Assembly (NCBI RefSeq): GCF_902652985.1
Contig: NC_047015.1
Coordinates: forward strand, 23,312,001 to 23,376,000
From: Pecten maximus
Lineage: Eukaryota
DNA length: 64,000 bases
Reading direction: 5' to 3'
The first letter of the stretch is position 1; each line of letters starts with the position of its first letter. Made by a program: the position numbers and the translations under genes. Under the pieces are notes generated by a model. That model made no database searches. It was not told the origin of the DNA and was given only the letters and a program-made list of their open reading frames with translations. Positions 56,301-64,000 of this stretch are shown piece by piece.

Positions 56301-59300
56301 TGATGTACCTCCTATACTGGATGTTGGACCCCTCTCTTGATAGTATTTGTGACAAAATGAAATCAACACAAGGTAATTATAAAAAGACTGATTTCATGCT
56401 TGAAAATTTAAAGGTGGGCATAGTGTCGCATATAGCACTCAAGCAGAAAATGAGATCTGTTTTTTTTTTTATTACTATGATAAATATAATATTCTGATGT
56501 AACATACTTCTGATCAATATGAAAATAGTGTTTTCTTGTTGTGGTTTAAACCAGTGTAAGAGTTTTATCCCTTCTATTTAATAAATGGTTACATTTTTAA
56601 TAAATACACAAGTGACACACTGTAGTAAGATAATATTACAGAAAACATCTAGTAATCTCAGTGCTATGGCAGCACAGCTGTAAGTTATATAACAATGTTA
56701 ATGTTTTAACATGGTTTCTAATTAACAATTATCCAAAACACTGCTTGGTTCGATTACACTTTAAACAATGTATACACTTGCCCCGATCATTATGTGCTAC
56801 GCATACTAATAAGTGTGAATCAAAGGAGTGTAAAAGATTATTTCAATCCACTTGTCCCAGGCAAGTAGAGCCTAAAAATCCATTTGCCGGAATGCAATTT
56901 CTACTTTCCCCATGAAATATACACTATACAGGAAGATAATATATAAGGCAGTCCACATAGAATTATAGAAAGTCTTTAAAATCTCAGTGAAGTGAAGGCT
57001 AACAGTGTAACCAGCAACTACTTTTCCCAATTCGAAAATATAACTTACAAGGTTCAACAAAGAAATATATCTCAACTACTAATTCTGATAAAGGCATAAT
57101 CACACGGAATTTGGGAAACTAAACATGAAAATCATATTAATTATGATTAGCATTATCTAGCTTGTCCTGTGGTACAAACATTTCACTGATTGCCCATTTT
57201 AACACCATGGACTATGCCTATAATGATTTGCAGATGAAAATCAGAAGACTGAATGTCAGAGAGTCTACTTTTTTATTTACTAAACTTAATAGAGGAAGTA
57301 TGCAAGTACTGATTTTTGTGCATGCACTGCAAACAGTAGAGGGTCTGCCAGTAATTTATCTGGACAAAATCAATTAGCAGCTTGGTTCTAGCCAGGAATA
57401 GCATAAAAACAATTCTGCATACATTACATTCATTCACAGCAAACCACAAACAAAAATGGACTTGGGATAGACCTTTGTATAGGAAGTGTCCTACTGTGTG
57501 TGGACTGTGACACACCAATATAGTGTCCTACTGTGTGTGGACAGTGACACACCAATATAGTGTCCTACTGTGTGTGGACAGTGACAAACCAATATAGTGT
57601 CCTACTGTGTGTGGACAGTGACACACCAATATAGTGTCCTACTGTGTGTGGACTGTGACACACCAATATAGTGTCCTACTGTGTGTGGACAGTGACACAC
57701 CAATATAGTGTCCTACTGTGTGTGGATGATGACACACCAATATAATGTCTTACTGTGTGTGGATGATGACACACCAATATAGAGTCCTACTGTGTGTGGA
57801 CTGTGACACACCAATATAGTGTCCTACTGTGTGTGGACTGTGACACACCAATATAGTGTCCTACTGTGTGTGGATGATGACACACCAATATAGTGTCCTA
57901 CTGTGTGTAGACAGTGACACACCAATATAGTGTCCTACTGTGTGTGGACAGTGACACACCAATATAATGTCCTACTGTGTGTGGACTGTGACACACCAAT
58001 ATAGTGTCCTACTGTGTGTGGACAGTGACACACCAATATAGTGTCCTACTGTGTGTGGACAGTGACACACCAATATAGTGTCCTACTGTGTGTGGACAGT
58101 GACACACCAATATAGTGTCCTACTGTGTGTGGACAGTGACACACCAATATAGTGTCCTACTGTGTGTGGACAGTGACACACCAATATAGTGTCCTACTGT
58201 GTGTGGACAGTGACACACCAATATAGTGTCCTACTGTGTGTGGACAGTGACACACCAATATAGTGTCCTACTGTGTGTGGACAGTGACACACCAATATAG
58301 TGTCCTACTGTGTGTGGACAGTGACACACCAATATAGTGTTCTACTTCATTTGACGGACATACTCTAGGTGGACATGGACATCTCTTTTAACCACTACAG
58401 TAAATAACTGGACAGGCGGGAATATTACAGATCAAGTAATATAATATATTACGATTTCCATGTGTGACGGTAAACGAGTACTTTCTGGACATAATGTGGT
58501 ATGGGGAATTAAGTAAGTAAAATAAAGAATTGTGGTTAGGAATAGGTACAAGCTAAAGTGCAGGATCAATTTATATGTGTAGGCAGACAAAAGATGAAAG
58601 TAAACCCATACCACATTATGTCCAGAAAGTACTCGTTTACCGTCACACATGGAAATCGTTATATATTAAATTACCATGATGTTGGTAGTTAACTGTTAAA
58701 CACAAACTTAGCTAATTAGTTTAAAAACTGGTTTACCACCTACACCACTCTGCCTATTACTAAGTTTCTTCTAAGCACAACCATTGTGATCATGTTGAAG
58801 GATTATGCTATCATAGACATAAAGGTTGGAGGAAATGATACACAGTCAATTGAGTGACAGAAACATTTGTAGAGTGGCATTCATACATTTTGGCAGATAG
58901 GGGGATAAGAATCAATGATTGGAAGTGTGAGGATGACAAGAAAGTTCCTTTAGGTCAAAAAGTCAAGACATCAGAATTAGGACTATCTAATTATATATAA
59001 GGCCATAAGATGGGGACAAGACAGCAAGCAAGTCCACATAAACTAAGACAGAATTCAAGTAATCAGGATGCTAAGCATCTATTGTACATGAGACAGGGAA
59101 ATATCATGTGCTATCCAGTACTGGATTAATTTGTCTAGAACTGGATAGTGATTTTCTGAACATGAGACACAGGATTGTGATTTTCTAAACACGTAGATGT
59201 CAGACATTGGATAGCGTGCAAGACATTTGTTTGGTACCTACATTTGATATAAAGTGCAAAGTCTGACTTCCAATTATGTCATAGCAAATTGTCTTTTTGA

Positions 59301-61251
59301 TGCATGAAAATAATCTACTGAAAGTTTCTTGCTGACATTCTTTAACATCCTATTCTTACCTTTGTCTCGGGCAAGATTTTGTCAAGCCTGGCCTTCTTCC
59401 AACATCATTTGATTCCAAATATCTACTAGTAACAAATTCTATTTGGCCACAATGAATTGGAAATAAGGAAGAGAAGCAAGCTTACATGAACTAAAACATC
59501 AGATTAATATGAAAATCTACACAGGCAGAGACATCAAAATGACCAGGAAATCTCAATTTGTCAAAATAACTGATCACCAAGTTAATGTGATCTATATAAA
59601 GACACAAGAATGAAAACAACATCTTAATTGATGTCAAGTGGAATTGCACGGCTGGGGACCAGAAGTCTACCATAAAGCCTATATGGGAATAACAGAGAAT
59701 AACATGGTAACCTGAAGACAACCATCGGGTCTATATGGTTGGTTACCTGAGGACGACCATCGTGTTGATATGGTGGTTACCTGAGGATGACCATTATGTC
59801 TATATGGTTGGTTACCTGAGGACGACCATCGTGTTGATATGGTGGTTACCCGAGGATGACCATTATGTCTATATGGTTGGTTACCTGAGGACGACCATCG
59901 TGTTGATATGGTGGTTACCTGAGGATGACCATTATGTCTATATGCTTGGTTACCTGAGGACGACCATCGTGTTTATATGGTGGTTACCTGAGGATGACCA
60001 TTATGTCTATATGGTTGGTTACCTGAGGACGACCATTATGTCTATATGCTTGGTTACCTGAGGACGACCATTGTGTTTATATGCTTGGTTACCCGAGAAC
60101 GACCATTATGCTTATATGCTTGGTTACCCGAGGACAAAAATCAGGACTATATGGTTGGTTAGCTGAGGATGACCATCGGGTCTATATGGTTGGTTACCCG
60201 AGGATGACCATCGGGTCTATATGCTTGTTTACCTGAGGATAAAAATCAGGTGTATCTGGTTTGTTACCTGTGGATGATGATCACGTCTCTGTTCTTGGTT
60301 ACTTAAAGACAATCATCAAGTCTAAATTGGTGCCTACTGCGGGAGGAAGGTGGGGTTGGTTGTAACGGACAAGGACAACCATCATCTCTATTTCAGTGGC
60401 TATCTGGATGACAATCAGGTTGGTATAGTTGGTTACCAGAAGTCACCAGTAAAGTCTATTAGGGTGGTTACCCGAGGATGACCTATCAAGGCTGGGGCGG
60501 GACATCAGAACGGCCACATTTGTGATATTGGTGGGGACTTGATGTAGACCACATATACCAGGATTTCTATGTACTAAAATGACAGTTATGAAAATGTCAG
60601 ATACTTACAGTTTGAGCCAGTGACTGGAAGGAACATGGAAGGAAGAAAAATGATGATGTCATGAAGATGTTAAAGGGCCAGAAAGAATATTACAGGTATC
60701 AAATCATATCATTCTAACTCAGTCGGAAAATTATACATAAATCCGGAGGGTAGAGACACAAGTAAACTGTCAAATACTGCCTATGAATTACATTGTATAA
60801 AACACATTACTTGTGCGTCAAAAACAAATTGTTACTGGTATATCAGATACACGTGCTTTTCATTTCAAAGAGATTACCTGTCCTGTCAGACAGTCATAAT
60901 GGTTTCTGATAAGGTTTTTGCACAAAACATGCTTAACAATGATATTTACTAATGAAAAGAAAACATAAAAACACTGCATAGACTTGGCTAGCTCCGTTAC
61001 AGATGTGATAGGCACATGCAGGTTTTGCTTAAAATTTACACAAAACAAAGTTTGAAGGAAACTGAATTGCTTTGGAGTTTGCATTACAAGCTGAGTGAAC
61101 ACTGGAGGCTGGAACACACTTTTGCCTGACCGAAACTGGAATCAACACTTACCTACGAGATGATCCAACATGTAACTCAGTAACTTCTGTGTTCCATTTG
61201 GGGAGTTGTATAGATTCATAATTTCTTGTGAAAGAGGATTGCCTTTTAAAC
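8124..61251 (-). CDS. CNOT6: CCR4-NOT subunit 6 (CCR4/CNOT6/CNOT6L/twin) deadenylase, spliced gene, 5'-partial. Exons: 61251-61153, 29353-29285, 21744-21587, 13588-13434, 12854-12703, 12182-11952, 8752-8575, 8361-8124
   Basis: The hand-spliced frame is continuous across all seven GT-AG introns (phases 1,1,0,2,1,1,2). It carries the CCR4-family EEP motifs CYNVLCDKY, CLQEVE, HIHWDP, CGDLNSLPDSG, IDYIFY and PSDHF, plus the LRR end LKGNPL. Confidence 0.96.
8575..8752 (-). CDS. CNOT6: CNOT6 exon VLEFLNSGKVSRNHVDFKERGYDDCLQRINVSTEKDFLLHDFRLGRAYDNDIMPFTNY(T)
   Basis: Acceptor tctttttatgtctgtaAG, donor GTAAGA, 178 nt. Contains the HxDFKE and MPFTNYT motifs. Confidence 0.94.
9255..10860. repeat. 28/33-bp minisatellite ggacttactaccagtctagtggtatgta(ggcca)
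   Basis: More than 50 tandem copies. Confidence 0.95.
10904..11944. repeat. 24-bp minisatellite gtgtgatatttagagtagtttgga with a central A-to-C converted block (11348-11834)
   Basis: Direct tandem copies. The central unit reads gtgtgctctttcgcgtcgtttggc. Confidence 0.95.
11952..12182 (-). CDS. CNOT6: CNOT6 exon APAENFICQQIMVATAHIHWDPEFCDVKLIQ...LCGDLNSLPDS(G)
   Basis: Acceptor ttttttatcatAG, donor GTGAGG, 231 nt. Contains the HWDP and GDLNS catalytic motifs. Confidence 0.96.
12703..12854 (-). CDS. CNOT6: CNOT6 exon FSLLKEHLVEFNQVAMANAEGSDDMLNRVMTKDNIGLAAMLETKEGVFEN(G)
   Basis: Acceptor tatttcAG, donor GTGGGT, 152 nt. Contains the MLNRVMTKDNIG motif. Confidence 0.94.
13434..13588 (-). CDS. 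CNOT6: CNOT6 exon EVETDQFYNFFLPELKRDGYDGIFSAKSRARTMTESERKYVDGCAIFYRTS(K)
   Basis: Acceptor atttcAG, donor GTAGGT, 155 nt. Contains the metal-binding Glu of the LQEV motif and DGCAIF. Confidence 0.96.
13672..14112. repeat. ~46-bp minisatellite ggtacagcacacagcactggtaccatacaggacagtactacagatg
   Basis: About 9 tandem copies. Confidence 0.9.
14335..15030. repeat. 86-bp tandem repeat, ~8 copies, containing the palindrome acacctgtacaggtgt
   Basis: Period measured from 14341 to 14427. Confidence 0.92.
15765..17405. repeat. 26/33-bp minisatellite tctacagacatgtgttgtggtgtgtg(tcccctg)
   Basis: More than 50 tandem copies. Source of the Cys/Val-rich spurious ORFs. Confidence 0.95.
18400..19060. repeat. 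28/20-bp minisatellite gagggaacaaccaaccttctctaagata
   Basis: Direct tandem copies visible. Confidence 0.9.
19366..21320. repeat. 22-bp minisatellite ttaaatacctgtgttccccatg, split by an 861-bp insertion
   Basis: The same unit occurs on both sides of 19890-20750. Confidence 0.92.
19890..20750. mobile_element. Non-autonomous TIR DNA transposon with a 6-bp target duplication (tacctg), possibly hAT-like
   Basis: Left end cagtgatggatacag; reverse complement of right end cagtgaaagatccag. tacctg at 19884-19889 and 20751-20756. Confidence 0.8.
21587..21744 (-). CDS. CNOT6: CNOT6 exon IFTVMCYNVLCDKYCTRQLYGYCPSWALNWEYRKKGIMEEIKHCAADIICLQ
   Basis: Acceptor gttgcAG, donor GTGAGT, 158 nt. Contains the first EEP motif. 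Confidence 0.96.
21820..21985. repeat. Short tandem repeat tttgacataccagtcactggtaactac..., ~4 copies
   Basis: Direct tandem copies visible. Confidence 0.75.
22908..23763. repeat. 33-bp minisatellite gtgtcagtatatatgtagatattattatatgta
   Basis: About 26 tandem copies. Confidence 0.95.
24721..25745. repeat. 31-bp minisatellite ccatatcctcatcccatatagctgtcaccct
   Basis: About 31 tandem copies. Confidence 0.95.
25985..26275. repeat. 33-bp minisatellite tgacctgtacaacagcttatgtttgaccttaaa
   Basis: About 8-9 tandem copies. Confidence 0.9.
28123..28756. repeat. 54/50-bp minisatellite tgaccttgactgagaggacagttgatatacaaatgtatactgtttgtatactcc
   Basis: About 12 tandem copies. Confidence 0.93.
29285..29353 (-). 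CDS. CNOT6: CNOT6 linker exon NSTQPPSRQWVWLANSERNRPT
   Basis: Acceptor atttcAG, donor GTGAGA, 69 nt, phase 1-1. Matches the QPPxRxW...RxRPT linker of CCR4 proteins. Too short for the ORF track. Confidence 0.92.
30190..31728. repeat. ~38-42-bp minisatellite gtctatagaggcccaatgt(g)5-7ctaggatcctgtta(ca)
   Basis: About 38 tandem copies with a variable G run. Confidence 0.95.
33478..34300. repeat. 44-bp minisatellite ccagggtctatacatgtacatacacccacaccccatgtcagaaa
   Basis: About 18 tandem copies. Confidence 0.93.
36601..38116 (-). CDS. Putative alternative first coding exon of CNOT6 (505 codons + 1 nt). Read through the donor, it is a 524-aa ORF ending at 36542
   Basis: 1575-nt non-repetitive ORF in AT-rich DNA. 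ATG in tacATGG context with an in-frame TGA four codons upstream. Donor TCT T|GTGAGT at 36600 is phase 1, matching the acceptor at 29353. Confidence 0.72.
41165..42630. repeat. 42/45-bp minisatellite gtgatttcgtcctatactattccttagg + (atatatactgaatt | ccacttacattgtagtt)
   Basis: About 34 tandem copies with two alternative tails. Confidence 0.95.
42914..43390. mobile_element. TTAA-bounded non-autonomous element with a 176-bp foldback (Crypton-like architecture, family uncertain)
   Basis: ttaa at both ends. attctaccatg (~42920) is inverted at 43201. Imperfect palindrome 43212-43387 centred on cgaaggcc-tgc-ggccttcg. Confidence 0.55.
43668..44615. repeat. 72/74-bp tandem repeat agactgcttggctatgttatttatagctatgtagctatataggaagttataaacacaga(ga)ggagacaaaccat
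   Basis: About 13 tandem copies. Confidence 0.95.
44679..45691. mobile_element. Tc1/mariner-pogo-type MITE with TA target duplication
   Basis: Left TA|cagtgcaacttccgaaaaccgaac; reverse complement of right end cagtggaacctctataaaccgaac, followed by TA. Subterminal accgaac repeats. Confidence 0.8.
47420..48653 (+). pseudogene. Decayed Tc1-family (DD34E) transposase with a probable right terminus
   Basis: Fragments with stops and frameshifts: LSQLDRGQVLAML...HKSTI, TGRVDDRPSYGHPCVT, WRSMLFMDES*F, FQLDNTIPH, EWPPYSPDLSPTEHL...L.EEWNNIP...SMP.R....I..RGGHT. Ends ...tttcagtaTA. Left TIR not recognisable. Confidence 0.88.
49395..49552. repeat. 23-bp minisatellite tattgggcatctttactttatcc, ~7 copies
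   Basis: Direct tandem copies visible. Confidence 0.9.
50671..51699 (+). mobile_element. tRNA-derived SINE (Meta/Deu-domain-like), interrupted by an insertion at 50860-51540
   Basis: A-box-like ggtggcacagtggtacattggt, B-box-like gttcgagt, core gctgtaaatgagtacctgg. Resumes after the insertion with gatacccagggagttgag and ends in a (tat)n tail. Confidence 0.6.
50860..51540 (+). mobile_element. Helitron/Helentron-like non-autonomous element with an internal duplication
   Basis: acaag... head, subterminal inverted pair gctcatcgg / ccagtgagc, gacgccgac motif, 3' hairpin ggttac-tc-gtaacc, and a duplicated internal block of ~240 bp. Confidence 0.6.
52011..52402. mobile_element. hAT-like MITE with a 5-bp target duplication (tgaat)
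   Basis: Left end cagggttcatacgg; reverse complement of right end cagggttagcacgg. Many subterminal ttcaaggc motifs. tgaat on both flanks. Confidence 0.8.
52910..53396. repeat. Degenerate ~33-38-bp minisatellite aatgctattattggacatatttataataat
   Basis: Diverged tandem copies. Confidence 0.8.
53397..53510 (+). mobile_element. 5' portion of the same Helitron-like family as 1617-2164
   Basis: gaggcccagagggcctgtatcgctcacctggatatttcagtaa...tatggcaaaatact is nearly identical to 1620-1720. Confidence 0.65.
54075..54346. repeat. ~43-52-bp tandem repeat tttgatacaacagtaattagtgtactcaatgtttgtaca
   Basis: About 6 tandem copies. Confidence 0.8.
57486..58345. repeat. 37-bp minisatellite gtgtcctactgtgtgtggacagtgacacaccaatata
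   Basis: About 23 tandem copies. Confidence 0.95.
58443..58667. mobile_element. Foldback MITE-like element with 55-bp perfect inverted arms
   Basis: 58451-58505 is the exact reverse complement of 58605-58659, with a 99-bp spacer and AT-rich ends. Confidence 0.75.
59705..60320. repeat. 34/35-bp minisatellite organised as a 69-bp dimer (ggttacctgagga(c/t)gaccat...)
   Basis: Alternating units, degenerating to the right. Confidence 0.9.
60609..60623 (-). CDS. CNOT6: Candidate 15-nt in-frame microexon of CNOT6 (tcactggctcaaact, net +5 aa)
   Basis: Long pyrimidine tract tttttcttccttccatgttccttccAG, then 15 nt, then GTAAGTAT. Phase 1-1 with no stop codon. Confidence 0.6.
61153..61251 (-). CDS. 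CNOT6: CNOT6 exon, end of LRR region: (G)LKGNPLSQEIMNLYNSPNGTQKLLSYMLDHLV
   Basis: Acceptor ttttttctggttgttcag, donor GTAAGT, 99 nt, phase 1-1. Resembles the LKGNPL...LLxYxLDxL segment of CCR4 proteins. Confidence 0.93.
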
Positions 61252-61283
61252 CTGAACAACCAGAAAAAAGAATTATATGAGTT

Positions 61284-63723
61284 AACAAGAGCTGTTGGAG
61301 AACAGCATAGCTCGTCTTGCAAATGTTTGTCGATAAATAATTAAAATATATTAATTGGAATGGTTTCGCAAATTGCATTAATAATATTTATATTGTTTAC
61401 TTGATCAGATTATGCTTTGTGAATTCAAGCAATTTTCAAAACCATACCAATTTATATATACAGTGGAACTTCGTTAACTCGAACTCGGATAACTCGAATA
61501 CCCCGCTTAACTCGAAGTACCTCGCCGGTCCCGGCCGAATTCTCTCTTTATCTTAGTAAAAAAACCTCGGATAATTCGAATTCGGATAACTCGAAAAACT
61601 CGGATAATACGAAGTAAAAATTTGGTCCCAACAATAAAAATCCTACTTGAAATGTTCGAATAACTCGAAGTATAATTTTCGTCGATCGGTGGCAAACGCC
61701 GACATTTTTTAAGAGCTAAATTCCGTTTGTAATACTGAACATATCGGCACTACTAACCTACATGCTATTAAAAGTGCTTCATAAATTCATAAAAGAAATT
61801 GTCGGTTGAATCTTATAACAACAAGTCTTGGTGATAAAAAGTACTGCTTTACTTACATCAGGTAACTTCTCAAGGCGGTCGCCGATATCAGTACACACGA
61901 TAGTCAACAACTCATCTACCCGTTCGCTCAAGCGGAACTAATCTCTGACACACCAATAGATCTACCCGGCTGATGTTTTTACAGGTGTAGAATGACACAG
62001 TCACCGGCGCCTATTAAATCTTTAAACTGCTGAAACAATAGCGTAATTACTGCCGAGGTGTTCAGAGTACAACTGTAACGGTCAGTGCTGTCTATTAAAT
62101 CGGATAAAACGCCAACTCAGTTACAGTAACATTTTATACGCACATGCGCAGCCCAACTTCCGGTGCTAATACACATGGAAATGGCGTGGTTATCAATAAA
62201 AAGTAAGTAGGCCGATCAAACAGTATTTTATATATGTCCAATAAAGGTAATGGTTCTGTTACGTTTTGTATGCAATCTGTGTTAAACTTAAACGGTTATT
62301 TGTTTTGACATTAATGACTTGTTATTTTGTCGAATTCCGTTTTATCGTTTACCTTTTGCAAACATGACTTGCACATCAGATCGTTATTGAAATGACTAAG
62401 TGAAAGAAACTTTATCGTGACTGTATATCGGCAAAACTACACCAAATAACAAGTGACATAACGAAACATTACATATATATTTACATGTATTGACCAGTCT
62501 TCACACTAAACTGATGAGCGACAGAGCGAAGTTATAATGATTATATAATGTTGACAAATATTGACCAAACTTTTCACCAAAAACGATAACTCGCTTAATT
62601 CGAACACTCGGATAACTCGAAGTTTTTTCGTGGTCCCGTCGACTTCGAGTTAACGAAGTTCCACTGTATATAAATTATTTATTGACAAACATTCGGGAGA
62701 CAAGCTATGCTGTTGTAGATTAAATGAATATATTAAATACAAATGTAATTGCTTTTGGACGTATTTCTTCAATTTTTTGACAAAATATTATCCTAATGAG
62801 AGTTGTCTCCCTTGAAAAATGTGGACCGGTATAAATTGTCTATTGTGAGCATTTTCAAATTGTTTTATTTTCAGTTTCACCCCAAGAAGGGATAGTGTAA
62901 CTCCATAGGGACTCTTTTACCAAATATCAGCACCCTAGTACAATCATAAAGTGATGTGTTAAATAGCTTTCAACATTTACACAAATTTTTTTTTTAAATG
63001 TGTTTTTTCCCCAAAAAAATATTTCAGTTTAACTCCAGCAAGGGATAGTTTAACCCCCACAGGGAACCTTATACCATGTATTACTATGCCTTTCAACACT
63101 CACAATATAAACTTAACTCGAAGTCCAAAGATTTAAAAACAAAAACAAAAAAACACAGATTCAAAAAGAAAAAATCCAATTTTTTTTTTAAAGTTTTACT
63201 CCAGGAAGGAATTGTCTTACTCCATAGGGACTCTATTGCCAAATATCAGCACCCTAGTATAATTATAAAGTGATGAATTAAAAAACCTCTTAACACTTGC
63301 ACCAAAAACTTAACGCAGAAATATTCTAAGTCCAAAAATTTGAAAATTCTGTTTTTTTCCCCAAAAAATCTTTTAGTTTAACTCCGGCAGGGGATAGCTT
63401 AACCCAAGAGGGAGTCTATTACCAACTATCAGCACCCTAGTACAATTATAAAGTGAAGTATTAATACCTTTCAACACTTGCACCAAAAGCTTAACGCAGA
63501 AATATTCTAAGTCCAAAAGTTTTCTAAAATCTGGTTTTTTTCCCCAAAAAATCTTTTAGTTTAACTCCGGCAGGGGATAGTTTGACCCCCACAGGGACAA
63601 TATTACCATAAATTACTATGCCTTTCAACACATGCACCAAAAATTTAACATTTGGAAAACCAACGCCGACGCCGGAGTGACGACATAAGCTCTCACTCTT
63701 CTTCGAAGAGACGAGCTACAAAA
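61284..63723 (+). mobile_element. Helitron/Helentron-like element with internal ~180-bp repeats, interrupted by a MITE
   Basis: Head aacaagagctgttggagaacagcatagctcgtcttg. Tail aacgccgacgccgg...agctctcactcttcttcgaagagacgagct carries the inverted copy of agctcgtct. Repeated blocks at 62880-63650. Confidence 0.6.
61461..62666. mobile_element. pogo/Tigger-like MITE with perfect 23-bp TIRs and TA target duplication
   Basis: cagtggaacttcgttaactcgaa at both ends (inverted), TA flanks, subterminal ctcggataactcgaa repeats, no transposase ORF. Confidence 0.9.
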
Positions 63724-64000
63724 CAATGTTGAATCCTAATACAGTTTGTTTGTTTGCTGGGTTTAATTTATAGCCCCGTCAACAGCCAGATTCATGATTA
63801 GTCCGGGTCTTCTTGTAGTCAGTGACTATCTCACTGAAAAACATATGGGAGGCCTGTTGAGTGAGGTATTTTTTTCTTTGTTTAGGTTTCAAACTACTAT
63901 TTCATGATTTGATTGAGTTAAGAAAGTTGGGGTGAACACAGATCTTGTGCCTGAAACTGAAAATGGTTTCAGGATTACTGGCCCTTGTCTTTTCTATGAA

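Noticed and set aside
59352-59440. Strong donor AAG|GTAAGA at 59359 as a coding exon
   Set aside because: The phase-1 frame has TGA eight codons upstream and there is no clear acceptor. It could only be a non-coding or poison exon, which I cannot support.

Overview
AT-rich, repeat-dense eukaryotic DNA, probably a bivalve mollusc (inferred from the SINE and Helitron-like element types). Most of the window is one minus-strand spliced gene, the CCR4/CNOT6 (twin) deadenylase. I traced eight GT-AG-bounded coding exons by hand, from the end of the LRR region (61153-61251) to the stop codon (8124). All splice phases are consistent, and the earlier LRR exons lie beyond the right edge. Introns hold about 25 unrelated minisatellites (roughly 30% of the window by my estimate), several MITEs, Helitron/Helentron-like elements, a tRNA-derived SINE and a decayed Tc1. 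The main finding is a non-repetitive 524-codon same-strand ORF (36542-38116) inside the 31.8-kb intron between the LRR and nuclease regions. It has a phase-1 GTGAGT donor that joins in frame to the next CCR4 exon. This predicts an 898-aa CCR4 isoform in which a 505-aa N-terminus with a PAM2-like motif replaces the CAF1-binding LRR. An AATAAA overlapping the read-through stop suggests a second, nuclease-free product. Other notable items are a candidate 15-nt in-frame microexon and a minisatellite block where every A is replaced by C, probably a basecalling artefact. All isoform claims are predictions from sequence and need transcript evidence.
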